Source: Chelatococcus sp. YT9
Lineage (GTDB): Bacteria; Pseudomonadota; Alphaproteobacteria; Rhizobiales; Beijerinckiaceae
Assembly: GCF_018398315.1 (NCBI RefSeq)
Contig: NZ_JAHBRW010000002.1
Coordinates: 22,637-46,636, forward strand
Direction: 5' to 3'
Length of the DNA stretch: 24,000 nucleotides
Every line of letters begins with the position of its first letter. Position 1 is the first letter of the stretch. Positions 9,079-17,276 of this stretch are shown here, piece by piece. Below the pieces are notes generated by a model. That model made no database searches and had not been told where the DNA came from. It saw only the letters and a list, made by a program, of their open reading frames with translations. Position numbers and translations under genes: made by a program.

Positions 9079-10337
9079 AACGGTCTGCGGTTTGGCATCC
9101 ATTCACGCAGCATGCGACCGAACCGGCGCCACTTAAAATCAGGCAGACAGAGGGCGCTTATGTCGTGACATCCGACGAAAGGCGCGTCCTCGACGCGATC
9201 TCATCGTGGTGGGTCATCACCCACGGCCATCGACACCCCAAGATCGCTAATGCAATCCGCACGGCAACCGAAACGCTTGACCAGATGATCTTCGCCGGCC
9301 TAACTCACGAACCCGCGGAAAAACTGGCGTCGGCCCTCGTCGAGATTGCACCTGCCGATCTTGACTGGGTGTTTTATTCCGACAGCGGCTCCACCAGTGT
9401 CGAAGTAGCGCTGAAGATGGCACTCGGCTTCCACCGCAATACTGGCGGCATACGCCACCGCATCATCGTCATGGAGCACGGCTACCATGGAGATACGATT
9501 GGAACCATGAGCGTCGGCGCCCGCGGTGTCTTCAACGCCGCCTACGATCCACTGCTGTTCGAGGTCGACACTATTCCCTTTCCTGCGCCTGGTCGCGAGC
9601 AGGCGTCGCTTGACCGCTTTGAGGCGCTTACCCGCGACGGCCGGGCTGCGGCCCTCATCGTCGAGCCACTCGTGCTGGGCGCCGGCGGCATGCGGATTTA
9701 CCCGCCCCGGGTGCTGACCGAACTGAAGCGTATTGCCGAGAACTCCGGCACTCTGCTGATCGCCGATGAGGTCATGACTGGCTGGGGACGCACCGGTACC
9801 ATGTTCGCTTGCGAACAAGCAGGCATCTCGCCCGATATCCTCTGCACGTCGAAGGGCCTCACGGGCGGTTCGGTGCCACTGGCTGCGACGCTCGCGACCG
9901 ACCAGGTGTTCCGAGCGCATTTCTCGACAGACCGAGCAAAAACTCTCTTCCATTCGAGTTCCTACACAGCGAACCCGATTGCCTGCGCGGCTGCGCTCGC
10001 CAATGTCGAGATCTGGTGCAATGAGCCGGTAGCGAAGCGCGTTTCGGCACTGTCGCGCAAGCAAGCCGAAAACATCGCGCGATTCAACGACGACCCACGC
10101 TTCGAGAATGCACGCGCAATCGGCACCATCGCCGCGCTTGATCTACGCGTGGACAAGCCAGGGTATCTCGCCGAGGTGGGGCCGAAACTCCGCGCGTTCT
10201 TCCTCGAGCGCGGGCTCCTGCTCAGACCCCTCGCCAACGTCATCTACGTGTTGCCACCCTACTGTGTAACCTCTGCCGAACTCGACCGCCTCTATAACGC
10301 CATCGATGAGGCCGCCGAATTAGCGTGCGGCCGATGA
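9075..10337 (+). CDS. bioA: adenosylmethionine-8-amino-7-oxononanoate aminotransferase
   Basis: 420 aa class-III aminotransferase: [33 protein letters not shown]-lysine in [13 protein letters not shown] overlap with the bioD stop. Confidence 0.95.
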   Translation: MKRSAVWHPFTQHATEPAPLKIRQTEGAYVVTSDERRVLDAISSWWVITHGHRHPKIANAIRTATETLDQMIFAGLTHEPAEKLASALVEIAPADLDWVFYSDSGSTSVEVALKMALGFHRNTGGIRHRIIVMEHGYHGDTIGTMSVGARGVFNAAYDPLLFEVDTIPFPAPGREQASLDRFEALTRDGRAAALIVEPLVLGAGGMRIYPPRVLTELKRIAENSGTLLIADEVMTGWGRTGTMFACEQAGISPDILCTSKGLTGGSVPLAATLATDQVFRAHFSTDRAKTLFHSSSYTANPIACAAALANVEIWCNEPVAKRVSALSRKQAENIARFNDDPRFENARAIGTIAALDLRVDKPGYLAEVGPKLRAFFLERGLLLRPLANVIYVLPPYCVTSAELDRLYNAIDEAAELACGR

Positions 10338-11317
10338 GCTTCGGCACACGGATCTCCGGCTTCGGCCACTTCGTGCCCGATCGTAAGGTCGCGAACGCCG
10401 AGATCGAAGCGATGCTCGGGCTAGGCGCCGGTTGGATCGAGGGCCGCACCGGCATCCGCTCGCGCTTTTGGGCGGAGCCTGACGATACTTTGTCCGGATT
10501 GGCAGCCAGAGCTGGCGACATGGCGCTGAAAGCATCCGGCGTGGTCCGCGACCAGATTGGCCTTCTGTTGCTCGCCACTTCGACGCCCGACCATCTGCTG
10601 CCACCGAGCGCACCTCTTGTCGCCCACAAACTCGGCCTCGCCAAGGCCGGCGCCGTGGACCTCGCCGGCGCCTGTGCCGGGTTCATCTATGCGCTGACCT
10701 TCGCTGACGGCTTCGTCCGTCTCCATAATAAGCCAGCCCTCGTGATCGCCGCCAATATCCTGAGCCGCCGTATCAACCTGGCGGAGCGGGCGAGCGCGGT
10801 CCTGTTCGCCGACGCAGGCGGAGCCGTGGTGCTCTCGCCCTGCGACAGCCCGGAGCGCGGCATCCTTGGCGCGTCAGTACTCGCCGATGGCGCCGGATAC
10901 GACCTGATCCAGATCCCGGCGGGTGGCAGCAGCTGCCCCTTCACCGCTCAAATCAAGGCTACGGAAACGCAAATGACTATTGCCGATGGTCGAGCGGTCT
11001 TCGCTCACGCCGTCGGGATAATGAGCCGCTGTTCGCAGGAGGCGCTCACCTCAGCCGGACTGGCCGCGACCGACGTCAGCCGCTTCGTACCGCACCAGGC
11101 CAATGCTCGCATCTCCAAAGCCGTCTGTAAAACCCTCGGCATTGCCGATGATCGGACCATCAAAACTATCGCCGACTTTGGCAATTCCTCCGCCGCCACG
11201 ATCCCGCTGTCGCTCTCCCTAGCCCATGCAAGGCAGTCATTCCGACCTGGCGAAAAGGTACTGCTTGCAGCCGCAGGAGCGGGCTTGACTGGCGGAGCCC
11301 TGATAGTCGGTATGTAA
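10334..11317 (+). CDS. bioZ: FabH-like 3-oxoacyl-ACP synthase III, BioZ type (pimeloyl-ACP precursor synthesis)
   Basis: KAS III Cys-His-Asn triad contexts [22 protein letters not shown]. It is the fifth gene of a bioBFDA operon, as in the Mesorhizobium/Agrobacterium bioBFDAZ arrangement. ATG 10334 gives an ATGA overlap with the bioA stop (the track uses GTG 10325). Confidence 0.8.
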   Translation: MSFGTRISGFGHFVPDRKVANAEIEAMLGLGAGWIEGRTGIRSRFWAEPDDTLSGLAARAGDMALKASGVVRDQIGLLLLATSTPDHLLPPSAPLVAHKLGLAKAGAVDLAGACAGFIYALTFADGFVRLHNKPALVIAANILSRRINLAERASAVLFADAGGAVVLSPCDSPERGILGASVLADGAGYDLIQIPAGGSSCPFTAQIKATETQMTIADGRAVFAHAVGIMSRCSQEALTSAGLAATDVSRFVPHQANARISKAVCKTLGIADDRTIKTIADFGNSSAATIPLSLSLAHARQSFRPGEKVLLAAAGAGLTGGALIVGM

Positions 11318-11672
11318 TAAGCTGACATGTATTCGACGATCTGGGTGCCTCGAAGCACCGGTGTCGGCAAAGCCAGATTTCCCCAGCACGGCGTGCCGGC
11401 GCGAGCGACCCTCATAGTTCCTCGTCCTGCGCGCTGTGGCCGGCAGTCGCAGCGCCTGTAGGCTTTCGCGACATCGATAGCTTTTCGTGCCGTCGGACCT
11501 CACCGGCCACTCCCAACGTACCTTGCCCCCAAGCACGTGATAACCCTTTGCTTTCGAATGACTTCGCGCACCTCCTCACAGCGCGGCCGTGGGTTCTCGC
11601 CACCGCGACGGGACGATGTAACGCTCTGCCGCGTGAAAGAGCAGGGTCGACGACATTTTAAGCTCAAAAAGA

Positions 11673-11684
11673 ATGAAATTTCAT
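11673..11684. promoter_or_regulatory. perfect 12-nt palindrome ATGAAATTTCAT immediately upstream of a CATAAT -10-like hexamer (candidate operator/promoter of the ABC transporter operon)
   Basis: Read directly in an AT-rich patch (aaaaagaatgaaatttcatgcataatcactgtc) about 95 nt upstream of the binding-protein start. Confidence 0.3.
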
Positions 11685-11779
11685 GCATAATCACTGTCGC
11701 TGGTTCCGCCCCATAGGCAAGCTGGCGGAAAGAGGCGATGATCGCCCGGCAGAGGGGACATAAGGGAGCGTGGATCGAC

Positions 11780-12835
11780 ATGATCGGGATTCAGCAGAAG
11801 CAGCGCGGCTGGGCGCTCGGCAAAGGTATCACACTCGCGTGCGCCATCGCCGCGTCGGCAGCGGGGCTCGCGACGGCCAGCGCGCAAACCATTCCGACGA
11901 TTCGCGTAGGCTGGACCGTTCCGGCCGAGGACGCGAAATACTGGATGATGAAGCGTCCGCAGGAATTCCCCAATCTCGGCAAGAAGTATAACGTCGAGTG
12001 GGTGCAGTTCCAGGGCACTGCGCAGATGGTCCAGGCAATGGCAGCCGGTGCGCTCGACTGTTCGACCCAGGGCGTCCTGTCGCTCGCGCAGGGCGCCGCT
12101 TCCGCTGGCCTGCAGACCTACATCGTCGCCCAGCATGTCGGCGAGAAAGCGCCGGGGAGCTTTTCCGTGTATTGGGCTGTAAAAGAAGACAGCCCCATCA
12201 AATCCGTGAAGGACTTCAAGGGTAAGACCATCGGCCTCAATGTGCTCGGAACGGGGATCTGGGGGCCGCTCGCCATCGCGCTGAAGAAGAACGGGATCGA
12301 TCCGGACAAGGACGTCAAGCTCGTGGAAGCGGCGTTCCCCACCCAGGAAGACGCCATCAGAACCGGCCGTCTCGATATCGGCGTGCTCAACCAGCCGTTC
12401 GCCGCGCGTGCGGAGGCGAAGGGTGGGCTGCGCAAGGTCTTCTCGATTTCCGAGGAAATTCCCGACATTGTCCATATCCTCGAGGCCTGCAGCAAGACCT
12501 TCGTAGATAAGAACCCCGAACTTGCGGCGCTCTATGTCGAGGATCTGACCGCGGGCATGGGCAAGGCGCTCGCCAACCGTGATGAGACCTTGAAAATCGT
12601 CACGGAGATCTTCAAAGCGCCTGTACAGGTCTTTGATCCATTCTACTTCAAGGCGCGCGCATCCAATGATGCGCCATTGGGTTCGGCGGATTTCGCGCGT
12701 GATCCCGGTGCGGCTGCCAACTACGATGGCATCCAGGCCATGTTCAAGCTTTACTATGATGTCGGCATGCTGCCGAAACAGCTTGACGTAAAGGACTTCA
12801 AGCACGCCAAGATTTTCGCGCCACTCAAGCCATGA
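11780..12835 (+). CDS. ABC transporter periplasmic substrate-binding protein, NitT/TauT (NMT1/SsuA-like) family
   Basis: Sec-type signal MIGIQQKQRGWALGKGITLACAIAASAAGLATASA/QT, then TIRVGWTVP...GALDC...GKTIGLNVLGTG, typical of SsuA/TauA/NMT1-like binding proteins. The alternative start ATG 11738 (track) cannot be excluded. Confidence 0.85.
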   Translation: MIGIQQKQRGWALGKGITLACAIAASAAGLATASAQTIPTIRVGWTVPAEDAKYWMMKRPQEFPNLGKKYNVEWVQFQGTAQMVQAMAAGALDCSTQGVLSLAQGAASAGLQTYIVAQHVGEKAPGSFSVYWAVKEDSPIKSVKDFKGKTIGLNVLGTGIWGPLAIALKKNGIDPDKDVKLVEAAFPTQEDAIRTGRLDIGVLNQPFAARAEAKGGLRKVFSISEEIPDIVHILEACSKTFVDKNPELAALYVEDLTAGMGKALANRDETLKIVTEIFKAPVQVFDPFYFKARASNDAPLGSADFARDPGAAANYDGIQAMFKLYYDVGMLPKQLDVKDFKHAKIFAPLKP

Positions 12836-13671
12836 GCCATGCAGAACTGATGCAACAACGGATCGCGACCGGGGAGCGGAACGCGTTGCCTCAACCCTCG
12901 ATGATCTCCATCGAGAGCGTGTCGAAATTCTTCGACACGCGGCGCGACAGGCGCCATCTTGCCTTGAGCGAGATAACCCTCTCCGTCGCACGTGGCGAAT
13001 TCGTTTCGATACTAGGGCCTTCCGGCTGCGGGAAGTCGACGTTGTTGTACATCGTTGGCGGCTTCGTGCAGCCGTCTGCGGGGCAGGTGCTGGTCAACGA
13101 CCGCCCTGTCGAAGGGCCGGGGCCGGACCGGGGACCCGTCTTCCAGGAATTCGCGCTCTTCCCGTGGAAGACTGTGCTCGGCAATGTGACCTACGGGCTT
13201 GACCAGCGCGGAGTGCCGAAAGCGGAGGCCGTGGCGCGCGCGCGGGAATTGCTCGCCATGGTCAGCCTCTCCGGGTATGAGAACTTCTACCCGAAGGAAC
13301 TGTCGGGCGGCATGAAGCAGCGCGTCGCGATCGCCCGCACGCTCGCCTACAAGCCCAATATTCTTCTCATGGACGAGCCTTTCGGCGCACTCGATGCGCA
13401 AACGCGCACGCGGTTGCAGAACGATCTACTGAAGATCTGGGACGAGGATCGCAAGACCGTGCTGTTCGTCACCCACAGCGTCGAGGAGGCGGTGTTCCTG
13501 TCCGACCGCGTGGTGATGATGTCGCGCTCGCCGGGCCGCATCCAGGATATCATCGACATCGACCTGCCGCGCCCGCGCGATCGCGCTTCGCTCCTCCTCG
13601 ACCGGCGCTACCAGGACTATGTCGTCAGCATCGAGCGGATGATGGACGCCCAGACCGGGGACCACGCGTGA
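12832..13671 (+). CDS. ABC transporter ATP-binding protein (NitT/TauT family)
   Basis: Walker A GPSGCGKST, Q-loop, signature LSGGMKQRVAIARTL, Walker B LLMDEPFGALD, H-loop VTHS. ATGA overlap with the upstream gene. Confidence 0.9.
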   Translation: MSHAELMQQRIATGERNALPQPSMISIESVSKFFDTRRDRRHLALSEITLSVARGEFVSILGPSGCGKSTLLYIVGGFVQPSAGQVLVNDRPVEGPGPDRGPVFQEFALFPWKTVLGNVTYGLDQRGVPKAEAVARARELLAMVSLSGYENFYPKELSGGMKQRVAIARTLAYKPNILLMDEPFGALDAQTRTRLQNDLLKIWDEDRKTVLFVTHSVEEAVFLSDRVVMMSRSPGRIQDIIDIDLPRPRDRASLLLDRRYQDYVVSIERMMDAQTGDHA

Positions 13672-14453
13672 TGGGGCGGGTGACTTCCATGCCCGCACTG
13701 GCCCCGCTCATTGCTTGCGCGGGCATCCTTGCCATCTGGGAGCTCCTGTCGCTCTACTTCGGCCTCGACGGCCTGCCACCCCCCTCGGTGGCGCTGTGGC
13801 AGGTGCCTGTCATCCTCACCGACCCGCAATCGCTCTTCGATATCGCTGATTCCCTGCGGCGCATGGCCATCGGCATCGCGCTGGCGCTCGTCTTCGCCAT
13901 CCCTGTCGGCCTCTGGATGGGCCGCAGCCGTCTGGCGGCCGCCTTTTTCAATCCGCTCCTCTCGGTCATTTACCCCGTGCCTAAGGCGGCCTTGATGCCC
14001 ATCGTCATGCTGTGGCTGGGCGTTGGTGATGCCTCGAAGATCCTCGTCATTTTCCTCGGCGTCACCCTGCCGCTGATCTACCACAGCTATCAGGGCAGCC
14101 GGGCCGTGGAGGAGAAGCTTCTCTGGTCGGCCGCGGCCATGGGCATGCAACCGACCGCGCGGCTTGCCCGCATCGTCCTGCCCGCCGCCTTGCCGGAAAT
14201 CCTCGTGGGCTGCCGCACAGCGCTCGTGCTGGGGCTGATCACCATGGTGACGAGTGAGATGATCGCGCGCCAGACCGGCATTGGCAATCTTGTCTTTCAA
14301 TCACTCGAGATGGGCATCTACGACACGGTCTATGCGATGATCGTCATCATCGGCGCACTCGGCTTCATCCTTGATGCGCTGTTCGAGAGGCTGCGCGGCT
14401 GGCTTGTCGGCTGGGCGGAACCCGCGCAATCCATTGTCGTGGGCTCCACATGA
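13668..14453 (+). CDS. ABC transporter permease (BPD_transp_1, NitT/TauT family), first of two
   Basis: 261 aa hydrophobic protein with a cytoplasmic-loop motif SAAAMGMQPTARLARIVLPAALPEILVG. GTG 13668 / ATG 13671 overlaps the ATPase stop. Confidence 0.85.
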   Translation: MMGRVTSMPALAPLIACAGILAIWELLSLYFGLDGLPPPSVALWQVPVILTDPQSLFDIADSLRRMAIGIALALVFAIPVGLWMGRSRLAAAFFNPLLSVIYPVPKAALMPIVMLWLGVGDASKILVIFLGVTLPLIYHSYQGSRAVEEKLLWSAAAMGMQPTARLARIVLPAALPEILVGCRTALVLGLITMVTSEMIARQTGIGNLVFQSLEMGIYDTVYAMIVIIGALGFILDALFERLRGWLVGWAEPAQSIVVGST

Positions 14454-15223
14454 ACGCGCGTTCTTCGCAGGCTGTCGTCGGAGTGCTCGGCGCGCTCCCC
14501 ATCGTCGGGCTTCTCGTCCTCTGGCAGGCCATCCACGCCTCCGGCATCGCTCCGCCAGCGCTGCTGCCCTCGCCGGTGGCGGTCTTCACGCGGTTTTTCC
14601 AACAGCTAGGTGACGCGAGTTTCCTGCAGAATGTCGGCGTGACGCTTTACCGGCTCTTCGTGGGATTCGCCGTGGCGGCGATCATCGGCATCGCCGCCGG
14701 GGTCCTGGCGACCGGCAGTAAGCTGTTCGCAAGCTTCCTGCTGCCGCTCGTGCGAGTGCTCGCGCCCGTGCCGAAAATCGCGCTGTACCCCGCCTTCACG
14801 CTGACGCTCGGTTATGACGATGCCTCGAAGATCGCCCTGGTGATCGCCGACGCGCTCTTTCCCATCCTGCTCGCCACGTATCAGGGCACGTCAGCCGTGG
14901 AGCCTAAGCTTGCATGGTCGGCCCGTGCAGCCGGGGTGTCGCAACTGCGCACCTTGTTCACCGTGGTCTTGCCCGCAGCCCTTCCCTCGGTGCTGACAGG
15001 CTGTCGCATCGGCCTTGTCATCTCGTGCATCGTGGTTTTCCTCGCGGAGATGATCACCTCGACGGACGGCCTCGGCCATCTCCTGATGCGCGCGGCGCGC
15101 AATTTCCAGACGGTCGACATGTTCGTGCCGCTGATCGCGATCTCGATCCTCGGCCTCCTCCTCAATGCGGCTTTCAACGCCCTGCGGCGCCATCTCCTGC
15201 GCGGATTTCCCGAGGAGAAATAG
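14450..15223 (+). CDS. ABC transporter permease (NitT/TauT family), second of two
   Basis: 257 aa paralogous permease with SARAAGVSQLRTLFTVVLPAALPSVLTG. ATGA overlap with the first permease. Confidence 0.85.
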   Translation: MNARSSQAVVGVLGALPIVGLLVLWQAIHASGIAPPALLPSPVAVFTRFFQQLGDASFLQNVGVTLYRLFVGFAVAAIIGIAAGVLATGSKLFASFLLPLVRVLAPVPKIALYPAFTLTLGYDDASKIALVIADALFPILLATYQGTSAVEPKLAWSARAAGVSQLRTLFTVVLPAALPSVLTGCRIGLVISCIVVFLAEMITSTDGLGHLLMRAARNFQTVDMFVPLIAISILGLLLNAAFNALRRHLLRGFPEEK

Positions 15224-15226
15224 TCG

Positions 15227-15721
15227 CTATCGCCGTGTACGCTCGGCGCACTCGCGGATCAGGAGATCGAGCGCCTTGAGGATCATGGCGCGCTCCTCCG
15301 GCGTCAGCGGTGCCAGCATGGCGGTCTCATGCTCCTTGGCCGCCTTCAGCATCGGCACCGCTCGCGCCCGTCCATCCGCGGTGAGATGGATGAGGACGCG
15401 GCGTCTGTCGCGCGTGTCGGCACGCCGCTCGACAAGTCCCTGGCGCTCCATGCGATCGAGAATCTTGGTCATGCGCGACTGGCCCATGATGGCCATGGCC
15501 GCAAGATCGCTGACCCCGAGGCCCTCGGCACCCGTGAGGCAGGCCAGAACCCGATATTCGGGCACCGATAGTTTCCAGGTCTTGAGCTTCTGGTGAAAGC
15601 CGCTCGCAACAAGATGGCTCGCGCGGGCAAGGAGATAGGACAGATAGGTCGCAGCGAAGCTGTCGGACGGGTTCTCCGCGGAAGGCGATGCGATCGTGAT
15701 CTCGTCCGTTGCGTCCTGCAT
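15227..15721 (-). CDS. MarR family transcriptional regulator
   Basis: 164 aa. LSVPEYRVLACL...GVSDLAAMAIMGQSRMTKILDRMERQGLVERRADTRDRRRVLIHLTADG is a canonical MarR winged helix. AGGA lies 5 nt upstream of the ATG. Confidence 0.85.
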   Translation of the reverse strand: MQDATDEITIASPSAENPSDSFAATYLSYLLARASHLVASGFHQKLKTWKLSVPEYRVLACLTGAEGLGVSDLAAMAIMGQSRMTKILDRMERQGLVERRADTRDRRRVLIHLTADGRARAVPMLKAAKEHETAMLAPLTPEERAMILKALDLLIRECAERTRR

Positions 15722-15876
15722 GCGTCCTATCCAGCGGCCCTTCTGTACGGCCTATTCCTTTTCATATAGTCTTTATCCAAGCATGGCCTGCGCATAGGGG
15801 CTTGTCCATCGTCTCGCGCTGCTCGTCTTGGCCGGACCATCGCCGCTGACGCGATCGAGGCCCAGGTGAGGTGGCA

Positions 15877-15894
15877 TTTGGACCATGATCCAAA
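15877..15894. promoter_or_regulatory. 18-bp near-perfect palindrome TTTGGACCATGATCCAAA (16/18 symmetric) in the MarR / NicX-like divergent region; candidate MarR operator
   Basis: Read directly. Reverse complement is TTTGGATCATGGTCCAAA. Lies 109 nt upstream of the NicX-like start and 155 nt upstream of the marR start. Confidence 0.35.
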
Positions 15895-16003
15895 GCACGA
15901 GCTTGGTCATGGCGATAATTTGCGACGGAACTGGCGGATCACTCAAAGAAAATGATCGATGCATTCGCCGAAACGAAGTGCATCTTACACCAAGGGATTG
16001 CCG

Positions 16004-17050
16004 ATGCTTGCGGATCGTATCGAGGGAAAGTGGATCGACGCCTTCACGGAGGTGATAGGGCGTTGCGGGGTCAAGCCCGGAGAGACGGCCGCCATCCTGT
16101 CCGAGACCCAGTCACGCCCGTTGAACGTGCATCTTGCCGAGCTTGCGCTTCTGCGCCTCGGCGCCCGCCCCTTCCACATCGTGCTGCCAACACCGCGCAA
16201 TCCTCATCCCGTACCAGTACGGTCCACCGGCGCCAGCACGGCGATCGGAGGGCTGGAACCGGTTATCACGGCGCTGTCGCAGGCGGGCTTCATCGTCGAC
16301 TGCACGATCGAGGGGCCGATGCATGCGCCGGAAACGCCGGCGATCCTGAAATCAGGAGCGCGCATCCTGTCCATTTCCAATGAGCATCCGGAAGCCCTGG
16401 AGCGCATGCGCCCGGATCCCGTCCTCGAGCAGCGGGTCCGCAATGCCGCGCGTATGGCGCGCGCCAGCCACCGCATGACGGTGACGTCGACCGCGGGCAC
16501 CAACCTCACCATCGACATGACGGGCGCATCGACCGTCGGCATTTGGGGCTGGACGGAGAAGCCCGGCACGTTGGCTCATTGGCCCGGCGGCATCGTCGTG
16601 AGCTTCCCGGCCAAGGGCACCGTGAATGGAACGCTGGTGCTCGACCGTGGCGATATCAACCTGACTTTCAAACGCTATCTGGAATCACCGATCCGCCTGA
16701 CGCTCGCGGATGACTACATCACCGACATTGCCGGCGATGGCACCGACGTTGCCCTGATGCGTCGCTATCTCGAAGCCTGGGGCGATCGCGAGGCCTATGC
16801 GGTCTCGCATGTGGGCTGGGGCATGAACCCCGGCGCCCGCTATGAGGCCTTGACCATGTATGATCAGCGGGACACCAACGGGACGGAGCTGCGTGCTGTG
16901 CCCGGGAATTTCCTGTTCTCGACCGGCGCCAACGAGTTCGCCGGGCGCTTCACGGCCGGACATTTCGACATCCCCGTGATGAACACCACCATCATCCTCG
17001 ATGAAACCGTCGTCGTGCAGCACGGCGTCCTGCAGGACGTGTTCGGCTGA
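16004..17050 (+). CDS. NicX-like non-heme Fe(II) ring-cleavage dioxygenase (2,5-dihydroxypyridine 5,6-dioxygenase / aminopeptidase-T-like fold family)
   Basis: Blocks match my recollection of P. putida NicX: HWPGG, GTLVLDRGDI, VSHVGWG, GNFLFSTGAN, GHFDIP. ATG 16004 has AAGGGA 6 nt upstream and gives 348 aa (NicX is about 350 aa). The track start at 15959 adds 15 aa. Confidence 0.8.
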   Translation: MLADRIEGKWIDAFTEVIGRCGVKPGETAAILSETQSRPLNVHLAELALLRLGARPFHIVLPTPRNPHPVPVRSTGASTAIGGLEPVITALSQAGFIVDCTIEGPMHAPETPAILKSGARILSISNEHPEALERMRPDPVLEQRVRNAARMARASHRMTVTSTAGTNLTIDMTGASTVGIWGWTEKPGTLAHWPGGIVVSFPAKGTVNGTLVLDRGDINLTFKRYLESPIRLTLADDYITDIAGDGTDVALMRRYLEAWGDREAYAVSHVGWGMNPGARYEALTMYDQRDTNGTELRAVPGNFLFSTGANEFAGRFTAGHFDIPVMNTTIILDETVVVQHGVLQDVFG

Positions 17051-17054
17051 CGAA

Positions 17055-17276
17055 GTGCGGCGCGATGGTGGGCATGGCTATCACGACCTCCTTTCAGACC
17101 TGCCCGGCGAGCTGGAGCGTCGGATCCTGATCAGCCCCGGCATTGGCTGGCTGATCATCGCAGGCCGGCAGTGGTTCGAGATGCATCTCGTGATGCTCGG
17201 CGTCGTCATGCTCCGCCTTGCACGCTTTGCCATGAACACCACCGCCGAGCGCACCGCACGGCATGCGCTGTCCTGA
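17055..17276 (+). CDS. possible small hypothetical protein (~73 aa, one hydrophobic segment) or gene remnant
   Basis: Frame shows a coding-like pattern (about 59 of 74 codons end in G/C by hand count, position 2 is GC-poor). GTG lies 5 nt after the NicX-like stop, with no clear RBS and no recognisable family. Contains GWLIIAGRQWFEMHLVMLGVVMLRLARF. Confidence 0.25.
   Translation: MRRDGGHGYHDLLSDLPGELERRILISPGIGWLIIAGRQWFEMHLVMLGVVMLRLARFAMNTTAERTARHALS

Noticed and set aside
9300-10064. 254-aa minus-strand ORF inside bioA (also 7400..7990 inside bioF and 6771..7259 inside bioB)
   Set aside because: Antisense to strongly supported bio genes, with no family resemblance.
11565-11585. Hairpin CGCGC-ACCTCCTCACA-GCGCG with an anti-Shine-Dalgarno-like CCUCCUC loop, reminiscent of alphaproteobacterial sRNA seed loops
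   Set aside because: The stem is only 5 bp. There is no identifiable promoter or Rho-independent terminator around it, and no second hairpin of the same type. This is insufficient to call an sRNA.
11320-11779. Possible TPP (THI-box) riboswitch upstream of an NMT1/THI5-like binding protein (ThiXYZ-type HMP transporters are often TPP-controlled)
   Set aside because: I searched the spacer by eye for the conserved CTGAGA and ACCTGATCTGGATAATGCCAGCG-like cores on the plus strand and found neither. No SAM-II-like element was evident either. An Infernal scan would be the definitive test.
11681-12991. 436-aa minus-strand ORF opposite the substrate-binding-protein gene
   Set aside because: A shadow ORF (Arg/Gly/Glu/Asp/Leu-rich, no motifs). 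The plus-strand gene has a signal peptide and family blocks and is translationally coupled to the ATPase gene.
13617-14300. 227-aa minus-strand ORF opposite the first permease gene
   Set aside because: The translation is highly charged and His/Arg/Asp/Glu-rich, and the ORF lies antisense to a clear membrane permease.
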